A stretch of 63,445 bases of DNA, filler included, from Octopus bimaculoides (taxonomy: Eukaryota): NCBI RefSeq assembly GCF_001194135.2. It is 4 parts of 3 records of this genome, joined end to end, with 100 filler letters (N's around TTAATTAATTAA, not from the genome) between each part and the next. Parts side by side here need not be neighbours in the genome. Positions count along the whole stretch, not along the records: positions 27,878 to 44,218 come from NC_068981.1; positions 44,319 to 61,904 come from NC_069006.1; 2 more parts are not named here. One strand, 5' to 3'. Both the position numbers and the translations under genes were made by a program. This document shows positions 37,430-49,707 of the stretch, piece by piece; position 1 is the first letter of the stretch, and each line of letters begins with the position of its first letter. The notes beneath the pieces are model-generated. The model ran no database searches. It saw nothing but the letters and a program-made list of their open reading frames with translations, and was not told the DNA's origin.

Positions 37430-38378
37430 TAATGGTTCCTAACCATTTTTTTGCCTGTTGACCCCTTTGATACCTATTTTACTTGGATGGACCTATAGGA
37501 AAGTGGGTTATCCATCATTGGATGTATACCTGACTTTCCTATATAAAATTAGAAATTAACGGAACGCTGAACTCCAGACTATCAACTTAAACAACATTTA
37601 TTCAGGTGGTAAATATATACATCTTTAGCTCTTGTTTGTTGTTACAGCTTCTGTGTGTGTGAGTATAGTTGGTGGGACGTTGTTATGTAGATGTAAGCGA
37701 GCTGTCGAGTGTAAGTCCGAAAGATGGAGAGTGACAGCTAAACACGTCCATGCTCTATTGCTGGCCAGCAAGAAAGAGATCGAATAGAAGCGGGAACGCT
37801 AGGTTGTTTAATTCCACGCATGCGTGAGACTACGCATGCGCACGGCGTTACTACAGACCCTCATAGCCATTCAATGTGTAGCGAGACCAATTTCTGTCAT
37901 GGCATATTGAAAACATTTCGATTTATATAGGCTTATCATGTTAATCTATAGTGATTGGTCAACATACCTATCATGGGAGTGTTTGGACATTTGTTGGGTC
38001 CTGTCTTGTGTTTGGTTGAGTGCTGCACGGGAATTGGATCGAAGGTTCAATCACATTGCGCATAATATATTCTCAAACAACTAACCCGTATGTGTTCTGG
38101 AGCCTCCTTCTTTCCATAAATTGGTGCGACAAATTATTTACGAGTCAGAGGGGTGAGAGGTTTTCAGCAATGAGAATTAATATAACAGAGCCCTTGTAAC
38201 CAATGACGACCCAAGCTGAATTATCCAAACAATGGATGAACAACAACTACCAGAATTTATAATTCTTAAAATATTTTGTTCATTGTAGATATATAAACAA
38301 CTTACTGCACATAAAATTTAAGAACAAAATCTTATATGGACTTCCAAGGGTCATATAGACCCCGGTTGAGAACCATTG
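37430..38378. mobile_element. hAT (Charlie-like) non-autonomous element containing a solo LTR
   Basis: Ends taatggttcctaacc / ggttgagaaccattg; flanks CACAAGGG/TACCAGGG match 6/8; internal segment related to 20100-20155. Confidence 0.6.
37494..37855 (-). mobile_element. Solo LTR with GACC TSD
   Basis: GACC at 37490-37493 and 37856-37859; the empty site resembles gatggacccccctaaccattcaatg at ~20130; homologous to 27879-28230. Confidence 0.8.
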
Positions 38379-41300
38379 TACCAGGGTGTCATCTAAAGAC
38401 AATCAAGGAAGCCCAAGATTTTGGATTACCCTGACCATCAAAGATAAATTGTCTTTCCCAGTTGTCAGTCTCCAGTCTCTAAGTGCATGCCAGAAGTAAA
38501 TTCATGCATTCAGGATATTCACAACACTCAGTCACCTTTCAACGAATTTACTAGATGCGCATCCCATCTCTAACCTCATCTTCCTCTCCAAATGAAAATT
38601 GAAGATGTCAATGAGGCGTTGCCCAAAGAAGAATGTACGTATCATTTTTCGGTCCTTTCAGTTGAGTCCACAATACAACCTCTTTTGCCATAATCACGGA
38701 AACTACCAGCACTTCTTCATCAAAGAAGGTGGCATGATCATTTTCATAATGGACTCCGCCAACAGCTGAATTCGTTCTACATGTGACAACAGTTATTCAG
38801 CAAAATTACACAAAGAGTCAGCTTGAACACTGAACAACTGGGCGTGTAGAATGATTCATAATAATTACACTCTGAGTTTTAAAAAATCAGTTTGTGTCAA
38901 TAAAATAAAGAACAGGGCAAGTACTATCGTGGATTTGACTATACTTTCCTCTAAAATTTGTAGTTTCATACCCATGGATTGTCAGAATCACCATGAGCTT
39001 TTCTGTTCATTTTATTGCATTTTTCTTGCACTTTTTAATACTCTCATGAGCATCCATTCTGTAACATGCCTTTTGATGCTGTGAAACGCCCTCTACCCAA
39101 CACCTCGCCTTCCACATCCAGTCTCCGATGTACAGCTTTTGCTGGGGGATACTGTGTCAGACTCTGCAATCGGTGTTGTTTCACAGTGCTTCAAGCAGTT
39201 ATACTTGCACATTATTTTTTTGCAGGCTTCATTCTTACTGCATTTAATGCATTCATCCTTCAACCTACTCACCGCTCTTGCAGGCTTACAACTATTTTGC
39301 TTCTGCAAAAGGCTCGCTGCTCTTGCAGGCAAATTCTTGGCACTGCTTATGTCCAGCAGCTAACATCTGCAAGCGACCCACCACTCTTGCAGGCAAAATC
39401 ATGGTACTTGATTATGTCTCAGCAGCCAACATTGCATTCATACACTTTAACTTTCGCATCCTGTGATTTTCAGTTTCTTGGACAGGTACTATCACATTTG
39501 CACGTCAGGTTTCGCTTGCTCTGTCTCACGGAGACCACCTTTCAGGGCAGCAAGCTACGAAGAACCTCCTTCAGTTTCCTTTTTGTTGTGTTCACATTCC
39601 CTTTTTGTCATTTTCTTTTGTTCTTTTCTCCTTAATGTTGATCACCTTTTCAGTCTGAGCAGTGGGATCATGTAGGAACACTATTTCCCTTTGGCAGAAC
39701 ACTTATCCATCTAGACGTGATTTGGTTAGTATCTGCTTTACATTGGGCGTAGATACACACTACTGCCTATCACTAACATGTGGGGAAAGATTTTAATCAG
39801 TCCCAGCCAAGCCCCCAAGGGAGTAAGATGTAGTGACATGTCGCTGTCGGAGCTCAACTCCACCACATGGACAACATCTAATGGAGAAACACTCTTGAAC
39901 TAAATAACTATTTATGGACTGTTCGAACATCTATCATGTTCACATTTTACAATATACAGTAACAGTAAGTGTTACATATTTAATATGCTGCATACACCTT
40001 TTTTGGGATTTGTGACCCTATAATGAGGAGCTCGAACTTCTGTTCACTTAGGACACTGTTATACTCTGTATGCTGGCCAGCAAACCTTGACTTAATGCTA
40101 TCATCACTTACTCTTATAATAAATTATTATTGATCTGTTAAGCCTTCTGAGCGTTTTCTATCATTTCACTATATGGTATTATGCTACCACTGTTATAAAA
40201 AGTCAGATGCTATTTGAGTGTACCTCTGCTAAAAATTGGTGACCCTGACGACCCTAAAGACCAAATGCCTTGTGGTATTTAGTTGCGTTATTCAACGTTC
40301 TGAATTTAAATCCGACTGAGGTCAACTCTGCCTCTTAGTGTCGATAAAATAAAGTACTAATCAAGTTCTGGGGTCGACATAAACGATTGTTCCCCTCCCC
40401 CTGAAATTCCTGACTTTGTACTTATGTTAGAAACTATAATGGTGGATTGCAGAATCGTTAGAACATTGAAAAATAACGCTTTGTGGTATTTCTTCTGGTT
40501 CTTTACGTTCTGATTCCAAATCCCGCTGAAATCAACTTGGCCCAACATCTTTTCGAGGTCGATAAAATAAAGAAGTAGTCAAGTACTTGGGGGTCGATGT
40601 TATCGAATAATCTCTTCTCTAAAATTGTTGGCTTTGTGCCTAAATCAGAAAACATAATTAAGAGCGGTGGATTTGCAGAATCTTTGGAGCAGCGAGAAAT
40701 AAATGCTTTGGGCGGTGGAATTTGCACGGGTACTGCGAATTATTATTTCTAAAAAAAAAAAAAAAAAGAAAAAACAAGGCGGTGAGCTGGCAGAATTGTT
40801 AGCATGTCGGACAAAAATGCGTAGTGACATTTTTTCCGGCTCTTTACGTTTTAAGTTCAAATACCGCCGAGGTCAATTTTTCGTCATTTCGGGGTTCGAT
40901 AAAATAAAGACCCCTCCCCCAAAATTTCAGGCCCTGTGCCTATAGTAGAAAGAATTATTTCTAAAGAAAAAAACAATCACATTTAGTGGAAGAAGTTGTT
41001 GATTTAATTGATTCATTAGTTAACGTAGTATGTATTTTACCCATCTCGGAAGGACAGAAAGCGAAGTCGACATCATCCGAATTTGAACTATAGTAATTAT
41101 ATTCAATATCACCGAAGTTTCTTCATTGTGACTCTCTTGCTATTAAAAATATTGATTTATGAACATTTTATTTCACTGTTTCAGCTTATTGAAAGGGAAG
41201 GCTAAACAGGAAATTCCAGAAAAGAGATAACTGCGAATAATAGACAACTTGTTTAGTAGCCAGTGATTTAGCAAGTGTCAATCTGGACATTTGGTGCAAT

Positions 41301-42599
41301 AGCGAACAAAAGAGACACTAAGTGGTCGCACGACCAGCAGAAATAGCAGTCAAATTTCATTCAAATTATACTTACTATCTATTAAAAAAAAGAAAACATT
41401 ACAAAAAAAGGGGATATACAAGATAATGTAGTCCTGGATACACTATACTTAGAAACAACAAAGGATGTGATGGTCAGCGTTAGGATGTATCTGATCATTG
41501 GCCTGCTACATCAGAGTTGGCCTGAGGCTAAACAACATCAATAACAATGGATGATATAGCCCTGCATACTTTATATACTACTATAGCATACAGGATCCGG
41601 ACAAAAACCCCATAGTTAAAGTGTGAAAGTGGCCAAAAGCCCCACGGTTATATTTTTCAGTTTTTTTTTTTGTTTTTTTGTTTTTTTACTTGTTGCACTC
41701 ATTAGACTGTGACCATGAGGAATTTTTAGTCGAATGTATCGACCCCAGAATTTTTTTAGGTGATTTTCAACCACCACATGAAGTTAAGCCTAGAAGATCT
41801 CTCCACATGCTAGAAATAACAGTCAAATCTTTAAAAGAAATTTTATAATTTCACGTAAACAGAAACGGAAATCACGGTTGTGAAAGAAAAAAAAAAACTT
41901 ATTTTCCAAAAATTCCAATTTTTAAGTAAACATTCAATCGAAAATAAATAACAGGACCCACTACTACTCAATGTATATATTGTCTGAATTCTAACAAAAG
42001 AGAAAGCATTTACTTCAAGAAATGTGTAGAAACATAAAATCGATAAGAAGTACGTTTGAATGACTAGCCTTCGGCGCCATAATTCTGTTAGACATTCAAC
42101 AGCCGGAGAAAGTTCAAAGGATCAGCTCATTCTCATTAATCTCCAATATTTATCTCATCAGATTAGAGAGTGGCAGCTCTGTCACTTCTTGTGGAAGAAA
42201 CAAGTTCCACTGGTCAAACGGTTCATCTACTGCCAGCATCCTTTTCGTGAAGGGGTGATATACTGTGACTGATGATGCGCAGGCATCTGCTGAAGCTGCG
42301 GCACCTACGAAACTTCCTTACCGCTGAACAGGTGTAGTTACCTTTTGTCAGGTGGATTTTTCGCAGGACTACAGCTTGCCTTATGTCAAACGAAAACCAT
42401 GAACGAGTGCCTGCAATCTGGAATGTTGTTAAGTGTTCACAGCCATCTACTAGTTAGGCAATGCAGTTAGTGGAAATTCTACTTTATCATTCTATAGAGA
42501 GCCAACGGAAAGAAGCAACCGCGTGCTTGAGAAAACTTTAGGCCTCTATGTGAACAAACAAGCGCAGCAACTGCCCGAGATGCGTACAGAGCAACGCAA

Positions 42600-43048
42600 C
42601 TGTTCTGCATGCACTCGGCTGGTGTCTGTGCAATGCTGAATTGTGGAGCTACGTCAATCACCTTCTGTCAAGTACACAACGGATCCAGCTATCAACTGAG
42701 TCCATTGTGAAGATCGTCCTGCCTCTTTCTTGCGGCAGGTAAGGACAGACTAGTTAACTGTCATGGCAAAGCAGAGTTTGATGGGAAATTGCACCCGTTT
42801 AAACTTGTAGGTCGTATCGGAGGGAGTGAGGGACATGGGAGTTATAAGTACGTCTTTGCCTGCCGCCGGTCCATTCAAGGTTGTTGCCTGCAGAACTTGG
42901 GAGCACAATATTTTGATAATCATCCGTGTACCATTGCACATTATTGAAACATCTAAATTCCTTAGCACCATGATTGGCGCACTATCCTTCAGATGCAGTT
43001 CGTGAGGTGGTAGTCCTGCGGGTGTTTGGGAGTTAAGGAATTCAGGTG
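42600..43048 (-). mobile_element. Helitron Rep/Hel PIF1-helicase C-terminal remnant
   Basis: PEFLNSQTPAGLPPHELHLK...PIMVLRNL...CNGTRM...FKRVQFPIKLCFAMTVN, the classic Helitron helicase motif. Confidence 0.9.
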
Positions 43049-43272
43049 TAGCATTTCTCAACCTTATTATTTCGGATCCCCTGTTTCAGTTGGAGCCTCC
43101 AGCTGTACGAAAATTTTCTGACTTCCGCCCTCGTTAGATTTGTCATGGGCCGGCCGGTCTATCTCAGATACATGGGAAGCTGAATTAAATTTTTCATCAA
43201 CACAGGGGAGCCAAAATAAACTTTTTCAATGTCCAATGGAAGCCAAATCGCGAAAAAGGTTGAGAAATGCTG
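43049..43272. mobile_element. hAT-like MITE
   Basis: Termini tagcatttctcaacctt / aaggttgagaaatgctg; no matching 8-bp TSD. Confidence 0.5.
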
Positions 43273-43814
43273 ATCTATAACGATCATTTTTATTTAGGCA
43301 CATCGTAAAAGTAATTATAAAGAATTGCTAAATATAAAGAAAAGTAGGTTTTTTGAAGCAAATGCAGTTAGAAAAAATATTTGCCATTTCAAGTCATCAC
43401 TAAAAATAAAGCTCATCAATTTTTGAATGAAATAATAATTTTATTCTTTTATTGTAAGTTGTAAATTTTGCCCACCAAATTGATTAGAAATGCATAAATT
43501 TAATAATAATGATGCTAAATAAAATTTAGTCGAGAAATACCAAAGAAATTACTTTATATCAACAAAAAACAGACATGTACCTTTATAGAGAACAGGTTGT
43601 ACTCAAGCGATACATACCAAATACACAGAGTTGAAACAGTATAGGATTTTTCTTTTCAGCGTTGAATGTTAACCATCTCACTTCCATTGCGCGCACACAC
43701 GCACACATACACAAACACAAACACACATACACACGCACGCACGCACACACACACACATTCACATCCCCCCCCTTTACATACATACACATATATTCACACA
43801 CAGTCAAAACGCTG

Positions 43815-44200
43815 ACATCACCCCTTCCTTCCTTATTCATGTATCACCCCTTCCTTTCTCATTCATAAACTCAATAGGATTATTATAGATTATCTCGGTA
43901 ACCATGGAAGCTATGAAAAAAATATGACATCACCCCTTCCTTCCTTATTCATGTAGCACCCCTTCTTTCGTTATTCATGTATCACCCCTTCTTTCCTTAT
44001 TCATGTATCACCCCTTCCTTTCTCATTCATAAACACAAGAGTATCATTATAGGAGATTATCTCGCTAACCACGGGAGCTAAGAAAAAAATAAAAAGTCCA
44101 GCATCATCACCAGATGATTCTATACATCTGTGTAATTTTTCGCGCACATCCGCCCAGCCGGTTGACCGTGAATGGCAAGGCAAGTAAGAATCGCCCATGT
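43815..44200. repeat. 26-bp minisatellite inside a ~110-bp duplicated block
   Basis: atcaccccttccttccttattcatgt x2 then x4, each block followed by attcataaac...gattatctcg.taacca. Confidence 0.85.
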
Positions 44201-44218
44201 CAAATTTATATATATATA

Positions 44219-44318
44219 NNNNNNNNNNNNNNNNNNNNNNNNNNNNNNNNNNNNNNNNNNNNTTAATTAATTAANNNNNNNNNNNNNNNNNNNNNNNNNN
44301 NNNNNNNNNNNNNNNNNN
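44219..44318. other. Artificial scaffold-concatenation spacer
   Basis: N44-TTAATTAATTAA-N44. Confidence 0.93.
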
Positions 44319-44349
<31 letters not shown>

Positions 44350-44904
44350 GATATACATATACATAAATACATACAATGTATGCACACACACACACATGCA
44401 TAATTTAGATGTGATAATCCAATCACATTCTGACCGTTCTTATTTAGTATGTAATGCAATGAAGTGGTCGATGAATATTTAACAATCAGTTAAAATATAT
44501 AGTTGTAGCAGGTGTACATGCTTAACACACACACACGCACACACACACATACACACACACATATACAAACACACACACGCACACATGCACGTACATATTA
44601 TTTACATAAAATGAATTCCATTTGGTTGACTTGAGTTTCATGCCACTTCAATCGTCAGGCAAGAACTGTCGTCACTTGATATATCCGTTCTTTTAAAACC
44701 ATCTGTATGATTTCCTGTTTTATGTCTTTTCATTATTACAGTCATATCGAGAATAACAAGATGACTCTTGCCCTCTCTTCCTTACCCTCCCACACCCTCT
44801 TTTAAACTACACTGTTTCTTGAAACCCCCACCAACACACTCAAACTCTTTTTCTCCTGTCATCCCCTCTCTTACTTTCTTATAATCCTTTAAAATTTGTT
44901 TCAG

Positions 44905-45009
44905 GTGATTCATTTGAATGTTGGGGATGTAGTTAAGATAATTGATGACATCACCAAAATTATGGGTTTGCAGAAAAATCATGGTGGGTGGATTTCTAGT
45001 ATGGTGTCG
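44905..45009 (+). CDS. Mind bomb-like E3 ligase, MIB-repeat 1 exon a
   Basis: tttcag|VIHLNVGDVVKIIDDITKIMGLQKNHGGWISSMVS|gtaagt; GD.V...LQ..HGGW..M is the MIB-repeat signature. Confidence 0.88.
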
Positions 45010-45348
45010 GTAAGTGTATTTTTTAACTTGTATAATCTCCAGTTTAGACTGGTTCAGCAGAACATAATACAAGATGGTCCACCCACAACTGTCCCATGTT
45101 TTATTTTTCAGAGATAACATGCTTGTATATATGTAAACACTCACACATATTTATATATGCATGCATGTAGGTTTATGTATATACGTATATCATCATCATA
45201 TATATATAAATGAAAAATGCATTAAATACTACAAAACATACATAGAGGACAGACACAGAAGGAAATTAATTCTTCATCAGTATCTATCTATCTAGCTAGC
45301 TACCTACCTACTTACCTACCTACCTACCTACCTACCTACCTGTCTATC

Positions 45349-45402
<54 letters not shown>

Positions 45403-45789
45403 TATATATGATGATGATCATCATCATCATTATGATCAATGTTTAATGTCCGCCTAACATGGTGGCATGGGTTGGACAGTTTGACAGAAACTGACCTGAC
45501 AGAACCTGCATCAAACTTCTGTCTGTCTTGGCAAGATGTCAATGGCTGGATGGTCTTCTTAACACCAAGCACCCAGCAGAGTGGACTATAGGACTATAGG
45601 ACTATATATATATATATATATATATATACATACATATATATATATATACATACATATATATTAGAGGTATTCATGAAAAATTTGATACTTTGCAAAAAAG
45701 TAAAAGAAAATATAATATTTCATGCTAAAGTAAATGAATTTCAAAAAAAATCAAAAATATGAAATAGATGATTGTTAGGAGTAACAGTT

Positions 45790-46100
45790 TAGAAAATTGG
45801 CTGCCCTCAGATTCCACCACAGTGTCAAGAAGGTTCTGGAACATGATGCAAGCATTCCTCACTGTTTACCTGGGAAGATCTTGAAACACCTCCTTGGTCA
45901 TGGCCACTAGCTTGGCCTTAGTGTTGCAGGCAGAATGGCTGGTGTCTTTCTCAACCATGCCCCACACAAACTACTCCATGAAATAACAAGTGGGGCAATT
46001 AGAAAGCCAGAATTGGTACTAGTGATGTCGAAGAAATTCTGCAACAACCACTTCTGATTATTTCCAGAGATAGGATAAGGAGCTGAATTCTGCTATCACT
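45790..46100 (-). mobile_element. Tc1/maT-like transposase C-terminal remnant
   Basis: Frameshifted QQNSAP...QKWL..NFFD.../ WGMVEKDT...CNTKAKLVAMTKEVFQDLPR.TVRNAC. Confidence 0.7.
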
Positions 46101-46539
46101 CATTTAGCCTTCTAGCAGCAACCCTATCTAACTAGGGTTTGACTACAAGCTCTTCACATAGCCATATGTGTTGAGCCTTAGATCTGTTCAAAGTTGTAAG
46201 GCAGCATGACATTACCCCCCACTTGAAACACCCTCAAACCACAACAATTTGATGCATTAAGCTGTGTCTGGAAAAAAAGACATAAAAAATATTGAATTTA
46301 ACCTGAACACACTGTATTTTTACAGAAAATGAATTTAGTTGCTTTACTTGCAATTTAACCAGACTTGTTCTCTTCAAAATAGTTCGTCCCACTCTTCATA
46401 CATCACTTCCAATATTTTATTGATATTTGGACGTTTCCTGAAATTCCCTTTTAGAGTGTAGTGCACAATTCTCATGAAGAATTATCCGTTTTCTTTTCCT
46501 CCACTGTCATTGGCAATCAGGGATGCTCCAAGTGGTTTT

Positions 46540-46810
46540 CAACTAAATCCAGAAAAGAAAGTAGGGTGGTTAGAAGGGTGTGAGTCATCTCTTGCTATGC
46601 CAGAATGTCACGGATAAGCAGTGACGTGTGACTAAGTATGTTGTTGTGACATACCAACCATGCTTTGTTTGTCTAAACCTCTGACCTTATCCTTCAAACT
46701 GTCCATCTCAAATACCTTAATACATCCAAGTAAAAAGAACCCTTAATTGATCACTTGTCCATGTGTACTGCCTCATGATATATGATACCCTTCCAGTTAA
46801 AAAGGATGAG
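46540..46810 (-). mobile_element. Mariner transposase central remnant
   Basis: Broken MLLILFNWKGIIYHE...HGQVIN...WLVCHNN...SHTSLLIRDILA. Confidence 0.6.
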
Positions 46811-46947
46811 GAGCATTCCCTCCACATTTCAGTGTCTCTGATACACTTATGAGAGTGGCTCCAACATGCTTTCATTGATCACAGTGACGATGATCAAACC
46901 TACAAGAAATGCCTTTTAATCAAAACATCATATACACATATGCCCAT

Positions 46948-47210
46948 GGGCATATGGTGTAGTGGTTAAGAGCACGGGCTACTAACCCCAAGATTCCGAG
47001 TTCGATTCCAGGCAGTGACCTGAATAATAATAAAATAATAATAACAACAACATCGAAAAATACCTTAGGAATGAAAACCTTATTTCGAAATTTCCCCAAG
47101 ACACCAGCTGAAACTTTGTGTTAACAACAAACAAGACGAGGACAAATATCCGTCAAATGTAAATAATGTAAATAATGTACGTAATTCCTCATCTCTTAGA
47201 TATAGAACTG
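46948..47210 (+). mobile_element. tRNA-headed SINE-like element with Penelope/hammerhead-type body (ribozyme core deleted in this copy)
   Basis: A-box TGGTGTAGTGG, B-box GTTCGATTCC, then gtgacctg(AAT)n and the same body as 19776-19975; gacacc|agctgaaac lacks CTGATGA and stem II. Confidence 0.8.
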
Positions 47211-48261
47211 TATACACATACTTTTCATCACCTTTTATAACATGCACCAAGAAGTTTTCTTCAGCATTCTGCCTGTCAGGCTACTTTTGTCTGACTGACT
47301 GTACCTAGTTTTAAACTTTTCTTTGTGTATTAGTCAGCCAGTTCTGTCCTCATTTTGCTGTCCTCATTTTTCTCTTTAAAATCATCTGAAAGGAAGATTT
47401 TAAAAGTTATTTTATTTTTTGAGAAGATTACACATTGTCAGGCAATGCAGGATAACAGCACACATTTTTGTAATCTGATCATTGTTAAATGTCATGGAAG
47501 GTTGGGCAGATTTGGAGTCATCTCCAGTGCTGGTGTTATTTGTGATTGAAACACTACTATCAGTCGCGAGATGAAACACTGCTTTCACTGACAAGATAGT
47601 CAGGAGTTGAGCACTTCTGATCACAGGCATGCTTTATTGGGGCTGTTGTTGTGTTGTTGGCACTCCGTCGCTTACGACGTCGAGGGTTCCAGTTGATCCG
47701 ATCAACGGAATAGCCTGCTCGTGAAATTAACGTGAAAGTGGCTGAGCATTCCACAGACACGTGTACCCTTAATATAGTTCTCGGGGATATTCAGCATGAC
47801 ACAGTGTGACAAAGCTGACCCCTTTGAATTACAGGTACAACAGAAACAGGAAGTAAGAGTGAGAGAAAGTTGTGGTGAAAGAGTACAGCAGGGTTTGCCA
47901 CCATCCCCTGCCAGAGCCATGTGGAGTCTTAGGTGTTTTCGCTCAATAAACACTCACAGCGCCCGGTCTGGGAATTGAAACCGCGATCCTATGACCGCGA
48001 GTCCGCTGCCCTAACCACTGGGCCATTGCACTTCCACTTTATTGGGACTAACCTGGTGTTAAACTTTATTAAGACCAATAATCTTAGCTGTGGAGGTATG
48101 TGAAAATCATGGGCAATGGCTTTACATTTTGAAACAGTAAAAATGAATATCTATGCCATTAATTTGACTTTTCAAAATTTTTCTCTACCTCTTTGATTTC
48201 CTGCAACTTGGATTATGTTTACTGCTTGAGTTCATTTAGCAAGTTGTTTTTATTTTTATAG

Positions 48262-48406
48262 ATATTAGGTAAAGTTGGCAAAGTAAGATCTGTGCTTGCA
48301 AATGGTGATATACTCACATCAGTGTTTGGTAAAACATTTTTATTGAACCCTGAGTGCTGTGTAAAGGCACCCCAAAATACGCCAGTTCAGGGACCAAGTG
48401 ATAATG
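48262..48406 (+). CDS. Mind bomb-like, MIB-repeat 1 exon b
   Basis: tttatag|ILGKVGKVRSVLANGDILTSVFGKTFLLNPECCVKAPQNTPVQGPSDN-g|gtaaga; LGKVG.V....GD......NP motif; phase 0/1. Confidence 0.88.
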
Positions 48407-49606
48407 GTAAGATTAAATATTTTTCTTAGTTTTCCTTTACACACTTTATAAATATATAAATAGGGGTACAGGAGATATAAAATACACCTGCCTGTAAAAT
48501 TCTGTACTTCTTTTTGAATTAACACTTTTATGGGTTTGAAAATTCTCTGATTATACAATACTGAAAAATAATTTATGTTGGAAATTATTTATTATTAGCT
48601 ATTATAGTGCTGTCTAATGACCTTGACCAAAGTGTAGATGGAGCTACAAAATGATATTATACACACTCATTCTAAGTCTAAATACTTCAATTGTAAACTC
48701 CCTCCTATCTGGCACCACTGGGACCAAAGGGTTAATGGATAACTGAATTTTCTACATATTCTTTTAATGTTTTTACTGGGTATTTTTTCAGTGAAGGTAT
48801 GTGGCTTATTAATTAAGGTATTTGGCTTATTAATTAGGGTATTTGGTTATGTGTTCTATTCCTAGTGTCACATTGTGTTCTTGAGCAAGACACTTTATTT
48901 CATATTGTTCCATTCTACTCAAGTGGTATTAATGAGTGTTACCTGTACAAAAGGACCATTCTTGTCATATTCTGTCATGCTGAATCTCCCTGAGAACTAC
49001 ATTAAGATTATGTATGTCTGTGCTTCTTGTTGTTGGCACTCCGTCGCTTACGACGTCGAGGGTTCCAGTTGATCCGATCAACGGAACAGCCTGCTCGTGA
49101 AATTAATGTGCAAGTGGCTGAGCACTCCACAGGCACGTGTAACCTTAACGTAGGATATTCGGGGATATTCAGCGTGACACAGAGTGTGACAAGGCTGACC
49201 CTTTGAATTACAGGCACAACAGAAACAGGAAGAAAGAGTGAGAGAAAGTTGTGGTGAAAGAGTACAGCAGGGTTCGCCACCATCCCCTGCCGGAGCCTCG
49301 TGGAGCTTTAGGTGTTTTCACTCAATAAACACTCACAATGATCGGTCTGGGAATCGAATCTGCAATCCTATGACTGCGAGTCCGCTGCCCTGACCACTGG
49401 GCCATTGCACCTCCACATGTCTGTGCAGAGCTCAGCTATTATTTGTATGTTAACTCCACAAGCAGATTGTTCCATTGAGTGCATCAACTGGAATGCTCAC
49501 TACCATAACAGATGAAGAGCCAAGTTTTTTTTTTCAGCCATATTGCTGTAGACACGAAGGAATTATTTTCCTTTCATTGAATTTTTTGTTGCATTTCTTT
49601 TTATAG

Positions 49607-49707
49607 CTGAAATGAAGGAGATGATGCAAAAGTTTTCTAAAATGACTTCTGACTTCGAAAACCTTTTACAGAACATGCAGGAAGGCGGAGTTTGTTTTCA
49701 GAGACAA
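49607..49707 (+). CDS. Mind bomb-like, linker exon
   Basis: tttatag|(A)EMKEMMQKFSKMTSDFENLLQNMQEGGVCFQRQ|gtaagt; phase 1/0, exactly what is needed to join the flanking exons in frame. Confidence 0.7.

Noticed and set aside
42265-42325. CTGATGA...GAAAC hammerhead candidate
   Set aside because: No closing stem II and no stem I pairing.
46948-47020. Functional tRNA gene (also the SINE heads at 21310, 37341, 56365)
   Set aside because: Acceptor and anticodon stems pair poorly, and each head runs into a repeat body.
48792-48796. 5-nt micro-exon (ttcag|TGAAG|gtatgt) in the MIB-like gene
   Set aside because: Inclusion would shift the next exon into an immediate stop.
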